Shown here: piece after piece, positions 61,825 through 64,000 of the stretch
Layout of the letters: every line of letters begins with the position of its first letter
Position numbering within the stretch: position 1 is the first letter of the stretch
Origin: Podarcis pityusensis
Taxonomy: Eukaryota
DNA length: 64,000 bases
NCBI GenBank assembly: GCA_964106645.2
Contig: OZ067045.1
Strand: one strand, 5' to 3'
The notes under the pieces: generated by a model
Seen by the model: only the letters and a program-made list of their open reading frames with translations
Databases searched by the model: none
Told to the model about the DNA's origin: nothing
Position numbers and translations under genes: made by a program

Positions 61825-63958
61825 ATTTAAGCCATAATAATCAAGATTCCACATGAGTCTTTTACAGAGGTTGGCTAGGAAAATGCGATGCTGCTGAGAA
61901 ACAAAGCATCAAAGGACATCGACACAAACTACTTTCTCCCTCCCGGGAATAGAGAACAGATATGATTTGGTTCACACTTAAAAGCAATTTGAGCTGATTC
62001 ACACTTTCCAAAACAGTATGTTAACTGAAGCACAATCGCCCTTTGGAATTCACACTCCTCAAAATTTTGCAATGCAGTTCTCTAAACAAATAACGTGTTC
62101 ACTGTGTAAAGTGTGCATCTATCTATCTATCTATCTATCTAAGCAAAGATATCATATAAAAATGCATTATGTTAGGGAAAACTGCATACACACACAAAAA
62201 TGTGCAATATGCACGAAAATGCTGACAGATTTTCCAGAGGTGAACTTGCAACCAGAAAACCGAAAGAAGCCAAAACTGGCAGATTTTGCCCGTCTCTACT
62301 GGTCGCCACGGACCAACTTTTGAAATGAATTATGCAGGAAGAAGGGGGAGAGGATTCCCTTCCCACGCTGACAAAGTTCCCTGAAATCAGATTTGGATTC
62401 CTTGGGTGTGCAGAGACATGCGAAGACAAATCTCATCCTCCTCCTGTTTGACTCTGTTGGTTCACCCCCTTGGCCTTCCAGTGATTCAGTCTCTCTTTAC
62501 TATCCCGGAATGCCCTTGTTTTACAGTTCCTTTTAAATGCATGTGTTAATTATCTTGCCACTGCTGTAATTTCTCCCTGTAGTCCATTAATTAAGAGGTC
62601 ACAATTTAAGAGCATGTTTACCCAATAAGCTTTCTTTTTTAATTATCTTAATTGCTTGGATAATGACAAAGACTCTGTCCTCCCCTCCTCCCTTTCTCCT
62701 TCATTGGATTAGCAAACAGCATTTGGGGAGGGGGGGGTGAAGCTTACAAGAATGGGTTTGTTAAATGTATAGGGACGTCTACCCTTGCCATGTCTTATGG
62801 CTCAAGGATCAATATAAAAGGGCTTTTTATTCCGGGTGTAGGATAGGGAAACCCAGAAAACTTCAAGAGGTTTGTCTCATGCTTTATCAGTAGATAATTA
62901 ATTAAGGATGTCATTTATACTGTCCTTTTGCAGAGGGGGACAGGAAACAAAAATAAATGTGTTTGGGGGAAATTGTATTTGGAACCATCATTTTCTGTAT
63001 TCGATTCTGATGATACAGTGCAGTCTTCTGTTCAGAACCACCAGTCGGGTTTAATAGCTTCTCACCTCCTTTGCAAAAAAGGAGCCAAACAAAATTTCCA
63101 AGCTTATTTGAAGGATTCATAAAAGGGTTTTCTGAAATTGAAGAGAAGGTGTGGGGCACCAAGTAGAAATTTAATTGTTAAGTGGGAGGGAGGAACTGCG
63201 TGCAGAGAAAAAATTCCTGCCCCCCCCCCCAACATCATATAGGACAATATTTGACATGCAGACAAAAGGCGATTCCTTGGGTGGCTCCCCCCCCCCCCCA
63301 ATTTTAATAAAGCGAAGGCTTCGTTCAGATTAGCTATCTTGGGGAGCTGTCTAATCTAAAAGTAATATAAATTAATTAGAAGCCACTTAGGGGGAGCATG
63401 ATTGATGCATGGAAAAATAGATGTGTGTCCCCCCCCCCCCACATTTTTTTGTTTCTCTGACGGATTACGGATAAGTGTTTAAGAGTTCGTTTGACCAGCC
63501 TGTCCACGTGTTTTGTCGATTGTGGCGGTGCCAGTCCGCACCAGTGGCTCCTTGGTAGTTAAAGACTCTTTAATAAAGATTAAGATGTCAAAGGGCCCTG
63601 CACTGAACAAAATCCCAAGTTTATTAACTTCTCATTATCAGCTTGAAATATGAAGGGCATTTTCTGCCCGCCCCCTTCTTGCCACCATCCTTGCTAATAC
63701 TAAAATATCCCCTTGCAGTGGGAGCATGACTAGGCAATGTGTGTTTTGGAGGAGACAAAACAGCTAGCCGTTGACGCCGACGTTTCCCCTGTTGGCTTCA
63801 GTGGGGCTGCCTTCACAAGATTACACATTTGTGGACAACTTTTCCAACTCCGTGGCTGCTTTCGGCACCATAAGAAACAAAAACGTGTGCCAAGAAATCT
63901 GAATTCTGTTAAGCATATTTGCAGAATTGCTGTAATTACATATCCTGGAGCTTTGTAC

Positions 63959-64000
63959 CAGGGATGGGGAGCCAGTGGCCCTCCAGAGGTTGCTGGACTA
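63959..64000. mobile_element. Left end of a palindromic hAT MITE (cut by the window edge)
   Basis: CAGGGATGGGGA...GGCCCTCCAGAGGTTGCTGGACTA. Confidence 0.6.

Noticed and set aside
1-64000. CRISPR array, prokaryotic system or named host gene
   Set aside because: Eukaryotic repeat landscape with no repeat-spacer periodicity or operons, and no exon from which to name a gene.

Overview
Non-coding vertebrate DNA from a squamate, most likely a lacertid lizard. The evidence is Sauria-type SINEs with (ACCTTT)n tails, a BovB 3' end and a Squam3/MIR-type SINE. No protein-coding exon, rRNA, functional tRNA or CRISPR array can be supported. The only recognisable peptides in the ORF track are C-terminal remnants of L2, CR1, BovB and Rex1 ORF2 proteins. 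The window alternates between dense, often nested transposon clusters (pogo/Tigger, Tc2-type and hAT MITEs, solo LTRs, SINEs, LINE 3' ends) and repeat-free islands rich in homeodomain/SOX/TCF-like motifs. That layout resembles a large intron or gene desert of a developmental locus, but the host gene cannot be identified. The most unusual structures are: (1) a multi-copy CA...TG non-autonomous element with 6-bp target duplications and a duplicated right terminus, which carries a captured L2 LINE 3' end whose microsatellite tail differs between copies; (2) one CR1-type 3' tail fused to three different Pol III heads (tRNA-Lys, tRNA-Ile and a 5S rRNA internal control region). Family names come from remembered consensus features, not a database search. 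Boundaries of degraded elements are approximate.
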